From Candidatus Brevifilum fermentans (GTDB lineage Bacteria > Chloroflexota > Anaerolineae > Anaerolineales > Anaerolineaceae), in the NCBI RefSeq assembly GCF_900184705.1, contig NZ_LT859958.1, positions 793,081 through 825,080 on the forward strand: a DNA stretch of 32,000 bases, given 5' to 3'. Below are positions 18,606 to 27,220 of this stretch, piece by piece. Below the pieces are notes generated by a model. It searched no databases. It was not told the DNA's origin and saw only the letters and a list, made by a program, of their open reading frames with translations. Positions within the stretch are counted from its first letter, which is position 1. The number at the start of each line of letters is the position of its first letter. Position numbers and translations under genes: made by a program.

Positions 18606-18612
18606 AGGCGGT

Positions 18613-18990
18613 TCAATCCCCCAGGAACAGCGCTTGCCAGATTTCCCATTTCTGAATTTTATCGATAACAACAGGTTCAATAACACTTGGAGTTGGAACC
18701 TGCTCAGTAGGGGGCAGGAGCACGATGGGGATATCCCCGGGCTGGATCATCATTGCATCTTCGCGCGCCCAGCGCTCTACGGCTTGATCGGATTGGGCAT
18801 AAATCAACTCAGCTTCCAGGGCGGTGCGCGTGGATTCCAAATGAGAATAGTATTCGGTCAGCTCTTTTTCTTGTCTGCGCAAGCGTGTGAGCAGCGTCAT
18901 ACGCTGATTGAAGTTCACCAACAGCAGCACCAGGACAATGCCCAGTACGGCAAAAATCACCCGTTTGTCTTTGAGAAGCTTCTTAATCAT
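18613..18990 (-). CDS. Septum formation initiator family protein (FtsB/DivIC-like)
   Basis: About 125 aa. It has a basic N terminus, a single TM (VIFAVLGIVLVLLLV), a coiled-coil (LTRLRRQEKELTEYYSHLESTRTALEAEL), then ERWAREDAMMIQPGD. ATG 18990 has AGGTG upstream; the ORF track uses GTG 19002. Confidence 0.75.
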   Translation of the reverse strand: MIKKLLKDKRVIFAVLGIVLVLLLVNFNQRMTLLTRLRRQEKELTEYYSHLESTRTALEAELIYAQSDQAVERWAREDAMMIQPGDIPIVLLPPTEQVPTPSVIEPVVIDKIQKWEIWQALFLGD

Positions 18991-19024
18991 GATGGTCAGC
19001 ACCTGATTTAATACCGTTACAAGA

Positions 19025-19033
19025 ATTATACCA
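19025..19033 (-). promoter_or_regulatory. Possible extended -10 promoter (TGGTATAAT) for the ftsB-like operon
   Basis: The minus strand reads TGGTATAAT. There is no good -35. It lies between the tRNA terminator and the ftsB-like start. Confidence 0.35.
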
Positions 19034-19047
19034 TTTCAGCAGAAATT

Positions 19048-19081
19048 AAAATAAAATGGGGCTAACTTAACCGTCAGCCCC
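19048..19081 (-). terminator. Intrinsic terminator immediately after tRNA-Leu
   Basis: The minus strand reads GGGGCT(19081-19076)-12 nt loop-AGCCCC(19063-19058), followed by ATTTTATTTT. Confidence 0.6.
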
Positions 19082-19084
19082 GAG

Positions 19085-19168
19085 TGCCGAAGGAGGGATT
19101 TGAACCCTCACGGGCTCTTGCCCACTACGCCCTGAACGTAGCGCGTCTGCCTGTTCCGCCACTTCGGC
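19085..19168 (-). tRNA. tRNA-Leu (anticodon CAG), class II with long variable arm, no encoded CCA
   Basis: The reverse complement folds by eye into a cloverleaf. Acceptor GCCGAAG/CUUCGGC plus A73. Anticodon stem CUACG/CGUAG with loop UUCAGGG. Variable arm UGGGCAAGAGCCCGU. T arm GAGGG-UUCAAAU-CCCUC. Confidence 0.95.
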
Positions 19169-19178
19169 AACGAATTTT

Positions 19179-19206
19179 ATTTTATCCGATACCCCTATTT
19201 TGTCAA
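19179..19206 (-). promoter_or_regulatory. Promoter for tRNA-Leu
   Basis: The minus strand has TTGACA (19206-19201), a 16-nt spacer and TAAAAT (19184-19179). This predicts a start a few nt upstream of the mature 5' end. Confidence 0.55.
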
Positions 19207-19382
19207 CTATTTGCAGGGAAGTCAACGCCGACTTCGTAAAGCCCCTGTATAGCTTGCAAATGGATTGAGTTGTGCTCCGTCCGTCTGAATACTTACGTTG
19301 CAAATGGAAAATATGGACATCCGCCTTAGTTTGACATTTGAATGGCTTTCATAAGCAATGTTTGCATAGATCGCGTGATAAC

Positions 19383-19411
19383 TTGACACAAAGGTTCGAA
19401 AGGATTATATT
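19383..19411 (+). promoter_or_regulatory. Promoter for the cold-shock gene
   Basis: TTGACA 19383-19388, 17-nt spacer, TATATT 19406-19411. A second TTGACA lies at 19331-19336 with a weaker -10. Confidence 0.6.
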
Positions 19412-19478
19412 TATTTGCGTTAAGCCACAAGGCTTAACAAGTCGAACCTTAAAAAAATAAGAAAGATGGAGTATTAGC

Positions 19479-19721
19479 ATGTCAGAACGTTTTGTTGGAA
19501 CTGTCAGATGGTTTAGCGCCCCCAAGGGGTACGGTTTCATTGGCCGTGACGATGGTGAGAATGATGTCTTCGTTCATTTCTCCGCCGTTCAAATGGAAGG
19601 CTACAAGCGGCTCAGAGAGGGCCAGGCTGTAGAATTCTCCATTGAACATGGTCCAAAGGGTTTTCAGGCGTCCAATGTGATTCCTATCCCCGGGAATGAG
19701 GAAGAGCTGCTTTCTTCATAA
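19479..19721 (+). CDS. cspA: Cold-shock domain protein (CspA family) with a short acidic C-terminal extension
   Basis: RNP1 KGYGFI and RNP2 VFVHF motifs. SD GGAG at 19469-19472. Confidence 0.93.
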   Translation: MSERFVGTVRWFSAPKGYGFIGRDDGENDVFVHFSAVQMEGYKRLREGQAVEFSIEHGPKGFQASNVIPIPGNEEELLSS

Positions 19722-19729
19722 AATAATTT

Positions 19730-19769
19730 CGGGCCGCCTTGTAAAGTAAACAGGCGGCCCGATTTTTTT
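19730..19769. terminator. Intrinsic terminator between convergent cspA and the DUF218 gene
   Basis: CGGGCCGCC (19730-19738) pairs with GGCGGCCCG (19753-19761); T7 at 19763-19769. The opposite strand has an A/T-rich tail too. Confidence 0.75.
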
Positions 19770-19771
19770 AT

Positions 19772-20404
19772 TTAAATATGGAAAAGTAAGTAATTGAACA
19801 ATTTGGCAATTTCAAGAAATACTGCTTGCCAGCCTGCGCAACTGAAGAACCAGGTCGAAGATTTAAACCAGTGACCCACTACCGGGCGGACTGAGATGGT
19901 CACTCCACTGCCGCGCAGCTCGTGCCGAAAAATCAAACGCGTCCTGAAGCTATGGTAGGGGTCGGTCACGACCATAAATGCGGACCAACCATGATCTTCG
20001 GCGAATTGTTTCACGGCTCTGGCCTCATCCCGGGTGCTGTCGACAGCCCGCTCTGTGATGAAAATACGGCTATTGTCAAACCCCAATGCTTCTGCTTCAC
20101 TGGCCAAGAGCTGATTAGCCGCAGGGTCGGTATTGGTGATCAGCAGGGTATCGGCATACCCCCTTTTCAGCAAATCTGCAGCCATTGCCAGGCGGTCGCC
20201 TGAATCACCGCTGAGGATGACGATGGCATCCACCGGAACAATCGGATCTGCTACAATCAGGAATCCTCCCACAGCCGCTAAAACCAGGTAGATGATCAGC
20301 GGGCTCAGCAGTAGAAATATGAAAGCGTTTGAGTAAACAATGCAGCCCCTCCCTGCTGATTTCTCAGCGGAGGAAGGCTGTGCGCTTATCAATTGGGGTG
20401 ACAT
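19772..20404 (-). CDS. YdcF/ElyC-like DUF218 family protein with N-terminal membrane anchor
   Basis: ILSGDSGDRL...LLITN...DSTRDEA...VVTDPYHSFR pattern of DUF218. The start lies 4 nt after the upstream stop. Confidence 0.8.
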   Translation of the reverse strand: MSPQLISAQPSSAEKSAGRGCIVYSNAFIFLLLSPLIIYLVLAAVGGFLIVADPIVPVDAIVILSGDSGDRLAMAADLLKRGYADTLLITNTDPAANQLLASEAEALGFDNSRIFITERAVDSTRDEARAVKQFAEDHGWSAFMVVTDPYHSFRTRLIFRHELRGSGVTISVRPVVGHWFKSSTWFFSCAGWQAVFLEIAKLFNYLLFHI

Positions 20405-20408
20405 GGGT

Positions 20409-21554
20409 TTATAATTTTTCGAGAGCCGTTTTCATGCGGACCAAGCCTTCATCAAGCATGGCGCGGGGGCATCCAAAGTTGATCCGCAGGAAACCCTGGC
20501 CGTCTTCGCCAAAGCTGATACCATCGTTGAAGCCTACTTTGGCTTCGTCTAAAAAGAAGCGGTGGGGTGATTCGACTTCCAGTTGACGACAATCCAGCCA
20601 GCCCAGGAAAGTGCCTTCAGGCGACCACATGCGTATGCCAGGCAGGTTTTCGTTGACATAGTTGACCAGGTAATCCCGGTTTGCCTGAAGGTAATGCATC
20701 ACCTCGCGTAACCAGGGGCGTCCGTGCAGGTACGCGGCCCGGGCAGCATGTAAACCGAGGATATTGGGGTGACCTAAAAGCATGGACAGGGTTTGACTCA
20801 GCCTGTCTTTGATGACCGGATTCTCAGCAATCACAACTGACGTGGACAAGCCCGCGATATTAAAGGTTTTTGAAGGCGCCAAATAGGTGACCGTAATCTG
20901 AGCTGCATCAGGGGAAAGGTTGGCAATCGGGATGTGCTGATAGCCGGAAAAAATCAGGTCATTGTGTATTTCGTCCGAACAGATCCATACATTGTACTTT
21001 AAACAAATCTCCGCCATTTTGGTCAGCTCTTCACGAGTGAAGACCCGGCCAACCGGGTTGTGGGGGTTGCAGAGTATGAAAAGTTTCACGCCGGAGGCGA
21101 CTTTTTCCTCGAAGTCGTCAAAATCAATCTCATATTTTCCATCTTCTTTCAAGATGAGCCGATTATGAACTGCGACCCTGCCCGTGGCATGGGGTGCCCG
21201 TAGAATGGGGGGATAGATCGGGGTTTGGATTAGCACCGATTCGCCGGGCTCGGTGAGGCTGTAGATAGCGTGGACAAAACCGGTCACAACGCCACAGACA
21301 AAGTTGAGGTCTTCCGGGTTAACGGTCCAGTCGAAAAAGTGCACCAGGTGTTGCAGGATGGCATCATCCAGGCCTTCAAGCCGACTGCCATAGCCAAAGA
21401 CACCGTGGTTGACCCGCTCGGTTAATGCCTGGATAACAGGTTCAGGAGCTTTGAAGTCCATGTCTGCCAACCACATGGGCAAAACATCCTCGGGGTAATA
21501 ATGCCATTTATAACTCTCAGTACAACGTCGGTCAATTATGCTGTCAAAATCCAT
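20409..21554 (-). CDS. PLP-dependent class I/II aminotransferase-fold C-S lyase (PatB/MalY-type cystathionine beta-lyase)
   Basis: 381 aa. N terminus FDSIIDRRCTESYKW...MWLADMDF and the SKTFNIAG PLP-lysine motif. SD AAGGA upstream. Confidence 0.85.
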   Translation of the reverse strand: MDFDSIIDRRCTESYKWHYYPEDVLPMWLADMDFKAPEPVIQALTERVNHGVFGYGSRLEGLDDAILQHLVHFFDWTVNPEDLNFVCGVVTGFVHAIYSLTEPGESVLIQTPIYPPILRAPHATGRVAVHNRLILKEDGKYEIDFDDFEEKVASGVKLFILCNPHNPVGRVFTREELTKMAEICLKYNVWICSDEIHNDLIFSGYQHIPIANLSPDAAQITVTYLAPSKTFNIAGLSTSVVIAENPVIKDRLSQTLSMLLGHPNILGLHAARAAYLHGRPWLREVMHYLQANRDYLVNYVNENLPGIRMWSPEGTFLGWLDCRQLEVESPHRFFLDEAKVGFNDGISFGEDGQGFLRINFGCPRAMLDEGLVRMKTALEKL

Positions 21555-21675
21555 TGTTTTCCTTCTAACTCAGTGTTGTTGATTAAAGACGAATGTAAAA
21601 CCATATTGTTAATTAAAAATATGTATTAAACATACCCGATGAACCTAGAGACTCTTTGAGTCTGTTCCGATACGG

Positions 21676-22701
21676 ATGCATGATTTGCTTTGGGCTCCTC
21701 AATTTTGCAATGATTATAGCCTAATATTGGAATTTCTTCCCAGGGTCTTGGCCAAAGAAAAATGGTATACTCACATTGATTGGTACCCGGAGACCCCGTT
21801 GAAGAAATCATTTTCAGCATTAATCAAACTTGTCCGTTTTCAAGAATATGGTTATTTTATTCTAATCACGTCTCTTTTAGGGGCAGTTACTGCAGGAGGG
21901 ATATTGTCCGATCGCCTGTTGGCGATTCTGCTGGCAAACGGTCTGGTGGTTGGCTTTGCGCATATGGTCAATGATATTGAAGATGCGGCAGAAGACGTTT
22001 TTTCATTAAAAAACAGCTTGCGTAACCCCATCTCGAGCGGCTTGATTTTACCGAAAACTGCCCGATTAACAGCAGCGATCGTGGGGTTGATCGCGGTGGC
22101 TTTATTTGCCCTGATGGGTCGATGGCCGTGGATCTTTGGAGCAGGCAACCTAGTGCTGGGTTTGATTTACTCACATAAAGCCATCCGGTTGAAAGCGCTG
22201 CCTTTGGTAGCATTCATCTCGCGCGGCGCATTGCTGGCAGGATTGCCATTTTTATCGAGTTATTTCACTTTTTCTGACTCGCTCAATCGCATCTGGTACT
22301 GGCCATTTCTGTGGTTGATTTCGCTCAGTCTTTTATTTGATCTTCACAGTGAACGCAGTGGAGAAGAGAAGATACGATTCTCACGCTGGAATGAGATCTC
22401 TGTGCAGCATGGAGAACGCTTTGCCAATGTGTTGATGATCGGTGTGATCATCGTGGTTGCAAGCACTGGCGTGGTTTCGATGTTTTTGATTAACCTGTTT
22501 CCGTCCTGGGTCATTATCATCATTTTAATGCTGTTAACGCTGTTGATTGTGCCGCCCTATTTCAAGTATCGGCGCGACAGAACCGGTGTTGACCTGGCGG
22601 ATTTGTTGTTCCATGGGTTGGTCCATGCGTTTGCAATTGGATTGATGCTGCAATTCCTTCTCCCTGCGCTGGTTCGAATCATTCGTCCAGGGTGTTTTTA
22701 A
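21676..22701 (+). CDS. UbiA superfamily prenyltransferase (substrate unknown)
   Basis: Polytopic protein with first Asp-rich motif NDIEDAAED...RNPISSG. The second motif looks divergent (DLHSERSG). The start is uncertain (ATG 21676 or TTG 21799). Confidence 0.7.
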   Translation: MHDLLWAPQFCNDYSLILEFLPRVLAKEKWYTHIDWYPETPLKKSFSALIKLVRFQEYGYFILITSLLGAVTAGGILSDRLLAILLANGLVVGFAHMVNDIEDAAEDVFSLKNSLRNPISSGLILPKTARLTAAIVGLIAVALFALMGRWPWIFGAGNLVLGLIYSHKAIRLKALPLVAFISRGALLAGLPFLSSYFTFSDSLNRIWYWPFLWLISLSLLFDLHSERSGEEKIRFSRWNEISVQHGERFANVLMIGVIIVVASTGVVSMFLINLFPSWVIIIILMLLTLLIVPPYFKYRRDRTGVDLADLLFHGLVHAFAIGLMLQFLLPALVRIIRPGCF

Positions 22702-22812
22702 GGTCAGTGTAGTCGTAGCAATCAGCACCTCAGGTTTTATGGCATGGGTTTGTCCGTCCTCACGAACCGGTTTAGGGCTGTACGAATCGAGTTTCAAAAC
22801 GAAAGGTGGAAG

Positions 22813-23304
22813 ATGGATCAAAAATTTTTATCACTCTCAAAGCGGGTTGCCCGGAGTTTGCTTGATCGAGAGTACACGCTCAGCACAGCTGAATCCTGTA
22901 CGGGCGGGATGCTCAGCCAAACCATCACAGCGATTTCAGGCTCTTCAACCTATTTCATCGGCGGTGTAGTGGCTTACCACAATCGGATCAAAGAACACTT
23001 CCTGGATGTGCAGGGCTTCACTCTTGAAACCTATGGGGCAGTAAGCCTGCAAACGGCTCAAGAAATGGCTGATGGTGTGCGGAAACGGTTCCAGACCGAG
23101 GTCGGCTTATCGACGACGGGGATCGCTGGGCCTACCGGCGCGACGGAAACCAAGCCGGTGGGTTTGGTGTGTTTGGGCATCAGCCTTCCTGAGAAAACCT
23201 GGACGTACAAGTGTAATTTTCGTGGTGATCGGCTCGAGGTGATGCAAGCGAGTGTGGTTGAGATCCTGGAGCGCTTGTTAGAATTGTTAGAACTGCCCGA
23301 TTGA
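22813..23304 (+). CDS. pncC: CinA C-terminal domain protein / nicotinamide-nucleotide amidohydrolase PncC
   Basis: LSTAESCTGGMLS and GLSTTGIAGPTG motifs. ATG 22813 has AAAGGTGGAAG upstream; the ORF track start at 22744 looks over-extended. Confidence 0.85.
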   Translation: MDQKFLSLSKRVARSLLDREYTLSTAESCTGGMLSQTITAISGSSTYFIGGVVAYHNRIKEHFLDVQGFTLETYGAVSLQTAQEMADGVRKRFQTEVGLSTTGIAGPTGATETKPVGLVCLGISLPEKTWTYKCNFRGDRLEVMQASVVEILERLLELLELPD

Positions 23305-23333
23305 TCCGATCTTACAGGGGGATAAAGATAAGC

Positions 23334-24665
23334 TCAGTTTATCGGTTGGTCTTGTTGAGCACTTTCATCCGGTAACGGGGTGACCAAAACGCGATCCACC
23401 CGGCGACCGTCCATATCAACAACCTCGAAGCAATACCCTTCATAGGTGAATTTTGCACCTGTTTTTGGGATATACCCCAACTGGCTCATTACAAACCCGC
23501 TCAAGGTTTGGTAAGCCGAGCGTTCTTCGCCGGGCATGACTGAAAAATGGAGGATCTCCTTGAGCTCGTCAATCACGAGAAGACCGTCAAACAGCCACGA
23601 CCCATCCTCGCGCTGGTAAACCATGACATCGGTATCCATGCTATCTTCAGGGATTTCACCTACAATGGCTTCGAGGATGTCGTATTCGGTGGTCATGCCT
23701 GAAATTCCGCCATATTCATCGAGGATTATCGCCAGGTGAACGCCGCTATTCTGGATGGCGTCCAGGGCTTTGAGCGCAGCCATATTCCCTGGCAGGTAAA
23801 CCGGGTCTTTAATGAAATCCCTGATATTAAAATCAGGATCATCTGGGCGATGTCCCAATAGATCGCGGACTTTGATATAGCCTATTGTTTGGTCAAGGTC
23901 GCCATCGGCAACAGGAATGCGGGAATGGGGTGAGGTCAATATTTGCTGCCAAATCTCCTCGATGGGCGCATTGATGTCTATCCAGGTGAGTTCCAGGCGC
24001 GGTGTCATCAGGGCTTCCACCCGACGATCACCCAACCGCAAGATACTCGAGAACATTTCCTGTTCAGCGTCCTGAATTAAGCCAAATTGACGACCTTCTT
24101 CGATGTAGCCTTTGATTTCATCAGTTGTAATTGAAGGGTCTTTGTCGGTGTTGATCTGAAAAAGTTTGAGTCCCAGGTTGGTCGATGCAGCTAAGAACAG
24201 GGTTAGCGGGCGGAATAATTTTGTTAATCGGAAAATGAATGGCGATAAAGCGACAACGATATTTTCCGGTTTACTGACTGCCATTCGTTTGGGGATCAAT
24301 TCACCTAAAACAATCGAGAAGTAGGCAATAACAACTACGACAAATACCAGGGATAGAATTCCGGCATAATTCGTCAACCATGGAATTTTGGCGACTTGTT
24401 CCGCTAAAGGTATGGATAAGTTTGCACCACCAATACCGCCCGCCAATGTATCAATTAGCGTGATCAAAATTTGAACCGTCGAAAGATAATGCTGATCGGG
24501 ATCTTGTAACATCTTGAGTGCTACAGACGCACCTTTCGCTCCCTCATCAGCCCGTTGTTGCAGTCGTATCTTTTTGGATGCAACCATCGCGATTTCGTAC
24601 ATTGCGAAAAACGCGTTGAAACCAAACAGAATTAAAATAATGAGGATATTAACGTAGATGGGCAT
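23334..24665 (-). CDS. CNNM/CorC-HlyC family transporter (DUF21 membrane domain + CBS pair + CorC_HlyC domain)
   Basis: 443 aa. The N-terminal DUF21 has 4 TM segments (FFAMYEIAMVAS..GELIPKR), a CBS pair sits in the middle, and the C terminus matches the transporter-associated domain. Confidence 0.88.
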   Translation of the reverse strand: MPIYVNILIILILFGFNAFFAMYEIAMVASKKIRLQQRADEGAKGASVALKMLQDPDQHYLSTVQILITLIDTLAGGIGGANLSIPLAEQVAKIPWLTNYAGILSLVFVVVVIAYFSIVLGELIPKRMAVSKPENIVVALSPFIFRLTKLFRPLTLFLAASTNLGLKLFQINTDKDPSITTDEIKGYIEEGRQFGLIQDAEQEMFSSILRLGDRRVEALMTPRLELTWIDINAPIEEIWQQILTSPHSRIPVADGDLDQTIGYIKVRDLLGHRPDDPDFNIRDFIKDPVYLPGNMAALKALDAIQNSGVHLAIILDEYGGISGMTTEYDILEAIVGEIPEDSMDTDVMVYQREDGSWLFDGLLVIDELKEILHFSVMPGEERSAYQTLSGFVMSQLGYIPKTGAKFTYEGYCFEVVDMDGRRVDRVLVTPLPDESAQQDQPIN

Positions 24666-25149
24666 GATTAAGAATTAATCCTAACTGAGAGATGGTGCTT
24701 GTTTTCAAGATCTGTGTTGATACCAATGCCCGGCTGATCGATGCAAAGGTTTCGCACCTGTAAATGTTGATGAATCCTTTGGGGTAAGGCGTCAGCGGAT
24801 CTCTCAATAAACCTGATGTTCTCCGTGAATCACGTTCTTCTCGACTGGCTAATGCGCCTTTTTCCATAATTATTCTACCGTTACCTCTTCGATTCAATGA
24901 ATAAGAGCACCAGTAGTTTGTTAAGAATACCACAGGTGAATCAAAGTAAATCCATTTTCTTTTTCACTGATGTTTATAATTTAAATAATTACAAAATTTA
25001 TACACTATGATATGAATTAACGCACCAACCCCTTGGTGGTTTTGCCAGCGCCTGTTTCCCAGGAAGCGTAAAGAGGTACAGAAAAAACAACAGCGTTCTT
25101 TTTCACCCGATTTGGGCGGATGAAGAGATATTTTTCAGACATTCACCGG

Positions 25150-25878
25150 TCAGGTGACCAGATGATCGGGAAAAGGATCAACTTTGTTCGTGTATTGCAG
25201 CCTGACATGACCTTTATCAGAGATATCAACGCGGCTGATGGCACAGTTGTTCATCTGGAACCAGTAATGTTCAGCCTGGATTTCAAAAAATGCGGTGAGG
25301 ATGTGGCCGAAAATTCCGCCATGCATGACGATCCCTACGCGGTGGTCCGTGCCCCCATGCTCGCTTAATAAGCGGTTGACGATCTCCCGGGCGCGTACAG
25401 GGTAATGCTCACGAGGTTCTTTTTCCCGGTTGTACCAGCCTGTTTCAGGCAGATCATCGGGGATGATCAATTGAGGAAAATTTGATTGAAAATAAGATCT
25501 TCCTGGCCCGGGTTGACCGATGAGAACCGGTTCCTCATCGATAAATTCGACGTCAAACAGTCCACCGGTTTCATGCAGTTCAGGCCAGGCGACCAGTGGC
25601 AAGCCAGTTTTTTCGGCAATGGCCAGTCCGGTTTTCACAGCACGCGTCATCAGACTGCAATATAAATGGGTCAGACCAAAACCTGAGCGATTCTGGGGGT
25701 CATAGCCGTTATTTACATAAGGGCGAGCAATGGCTTCCGCCACCAGGCGCGCCTGCTCTTCGCCAATTGGGGTCAGATCAGGGTCAGTGGACCTTTGAGA
25801 TAGATAAGTATCGCTGCCATCTTCCGTAAGGAGATTATTGGTTGATTGCCCGTGCCGTATGAAGTAAAGCTCTAACAT
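25150..25878 (-). CDS. Histidine phosphatase (phosphoglycerate mutase) superfamily protein
   Basis: N-terminal catalytic motif LYFIRHGQSTNN and a later H at GIVMHGG. Confidence 0.85.
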   Translation of the reverse strand: MLELYFIRHGQSTNNLLTEDGSDTYLSQRSTDPDLTPIGEEQARLVAEAIARPYVNNGYDPQNRSGFGLTHLYCSLMTRAVKTGLAIAEKTGLPLVAWPELHETGGLFDVEFIDEEPVLIGQPGPGRSYFQSNFPQLIIPDDLPETGWYNREKEPREHYPVRAREIVNRLLSEHGGTDHRVGIVMHGGIFGHILTAFFEIQAEHYWFQMNNCAISRVDISDKGHVRLQYTNKVDPFPDHLVT

Positions 25879-25881
25879 AGT

Positions 25882-26916
25882 TTATTCCTTTCTTAATTGA
25901 TGCAGCGCAATGATTTTTTCAACGTCCGGACTGCCGGACGGATGGCCTGGAGATGGACCATAATGATCGGGAAATGTCGATCTTTCGCAAAGCGCTGCCA
26001 GGCAAGCCTGGATATTATCATGCAATGCTTGTGCATCGTAACCGCCTTCCAAACCAAACAGGATGCGGCTCTGGCAGTAATCATCCGCCAGTTCGACCAG
26101 GATTTTTGAGATTTGATAAAAGCTATCTGTGTCCAGTGTTGTGCTGGTCAGTGGATCTGAAAAATGGGCGTCAAATCCAGCCGAGATGAAGAGCATCTCT
26201 GCTCCAAAGCCCATTAACCACGGCTTGACAACCTGTTGGAAAACGCCCAAATAAGCTGCCGGGTTGGCAAAGGAAGGCATGGGAACATTAATAATCCGCC
26301 CCCGGGCGTGTGGCGCTGAATTCTGGTGACCGGTGCCCGGGTAGAGATATTCTTCATGCAGGGACAAATAACCCACACCGGGATGGTGTGAAAAAATGGC
26401 TTCGGTGCCGTTGCCATGATGGGCGTCGAAATCAATAATCGCGACTTTTTCGAGGCCGTGCGCAACTGCATCTGCGGCGGCGATGGCAAGGTTGTTAAGC
26501 AGACAAAAACCCATTGGGCGGTCTGCTTCCGCATGATGTCCGGGCGGACGCATGATAGCGAAACCTCGGCCGCGCCCTTCCGAAAGGATGCGCCTGCTAA
26601 CGGCTAAGGTAGCCCCGGCAGCCATCAAGGCCGCGTGATAACTGGCTTCGGTGACATAAGTGGGCGCAGAATCAATCTCGTGAGAACCCCTGCGGCTGGC
26701 AGCCTGTAAGGTTTGCAAGATTGTCGCGTTGTGAACGCGCAGGACGTCGCTTGCCAGGGCTGGCATAAAATTCAGCCAAACCATTTCGGGATAGGGGGGG
26801 TCCTGGAGCCAGGGCTTCACAAGCTGCAGGCGTTGGGGTGACTCGGGGTGTCCCGGGAAGACGTGTTCGGGTGCATCATAAAAGGTGCAGTAAACAGGAA
26901 TTTTCTCTGGTTTCAT
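25882..26916 (-). CDS. Histone deacetylase-family (HDAC/AcuC/acetylpolyamine amidohydrolase-like) zinc deacetylase
   Basis: PPGHHAEADRPMGFCLLNN, DFDAHHGNGT and GGY motifs. I prefer ATG 26916 (MKPEKIPVY...); the ORF track uses ATG 26979. Confidence 0.85.
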   Translation of the reverse strand: MKPEKIPVYCTFYDAPEHVFPGHPESPQRLQLVKPWLQDPPYPEMVWLNFMPALASDVLRVHNATILQTLQAASRRGSHEIDSAPTYVTEASYHAALMAAGATLAVSRRILSEGRGRGFAIMRPPGHHAEADRPMGFCLLNNLAIAAADAVAHGLEKVAIIDFDAHHGNGTEAIFSHHPGVGYLSLHEEYLYPGTGHQNSAPHARGRIINVPMPSFANPAAYLGVFQQVVKPWLMGFGAEMLFISAGFDAHFSDPLTSTTLDTDSFYQISKILVELADDYCQSRILFGLEGGYDAQALHDNIQACLAALCERSTFPDHYGPSPGHPSGSPDVEKIIALHQLRKE

Positions 26917-27106
26917 AATATTCGCAATGGTTAGTATACCGCAAGAATTGAGGGGAGAATGATTGATTTTCTGAACCATGGATTTGCAAAAAGGTTGAGA
27001 ACTGTTTTTTTACGGCCTCAGCCGCCTTGTTATGAAAAATCATCGAATCGGCAAGACGTTTTCAACCCCAGAAATGATGCAAAAGCCAGCACTCTCCTGG
27101 ATCCGG

Positions 27107-27135
27107 TTGACAAGGGCAATTTCAGATTCTATGAT
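27107..27135 (+). promoter_or_regulatory. Promoter for the pirin gene
   Basis: TTGACA 27107-27112, 17-nt spacer, TATGAT 27130-27135. Confidence 0.6.
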
Positions 27136-27220
27136 CAAGTAAACTATCTTATCGATGGTTAACAGGCTGGCAAGCGGTGTCAGCCCGGTATTGATTACGG
27201 GTAGAAAAGGATCATTAATT

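Noticed and set aside
19067-19303. 78-aa ORF overlapping the tRNA-Leu gene.
   Set aside because: It is fully explained by the tRNA, its promoter and its terminator. No coding signal is present.
19003-19480. tRNA-Leu as the attachment site of an integrated island.
   Set aside because: There is no integrase, no partial tRNA 3'-end direct repeat that I could spot nearby, and both flanks carry housekeeping genes (ftsB-like, cspA).
24666-24930. M-box (ykoK) or yybP-ykoY (Mn2+) riboswitch in front of the CNNM/CorC gene.
   Set aside because: The conserved cores as I remember them are absent on the minus strand. These are GUUAGGUGAGGC ... AAAGCUC for the M-box and GGGGAGUAG ... UUGACAUA for yybP-ykoY. 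This needs a covariance-model scan to be certain.
24649-24933. 94-aa minus-strand ORF in the CNNM upstream gap. I considered it as a possible small upstream gene or leader peptide.
   Set aside because: There is no SD. The composition is Arg/Ser-rich and not protein-like. It would overlap the CNNM start out of frame. I treat the region as non-coding leader instead.
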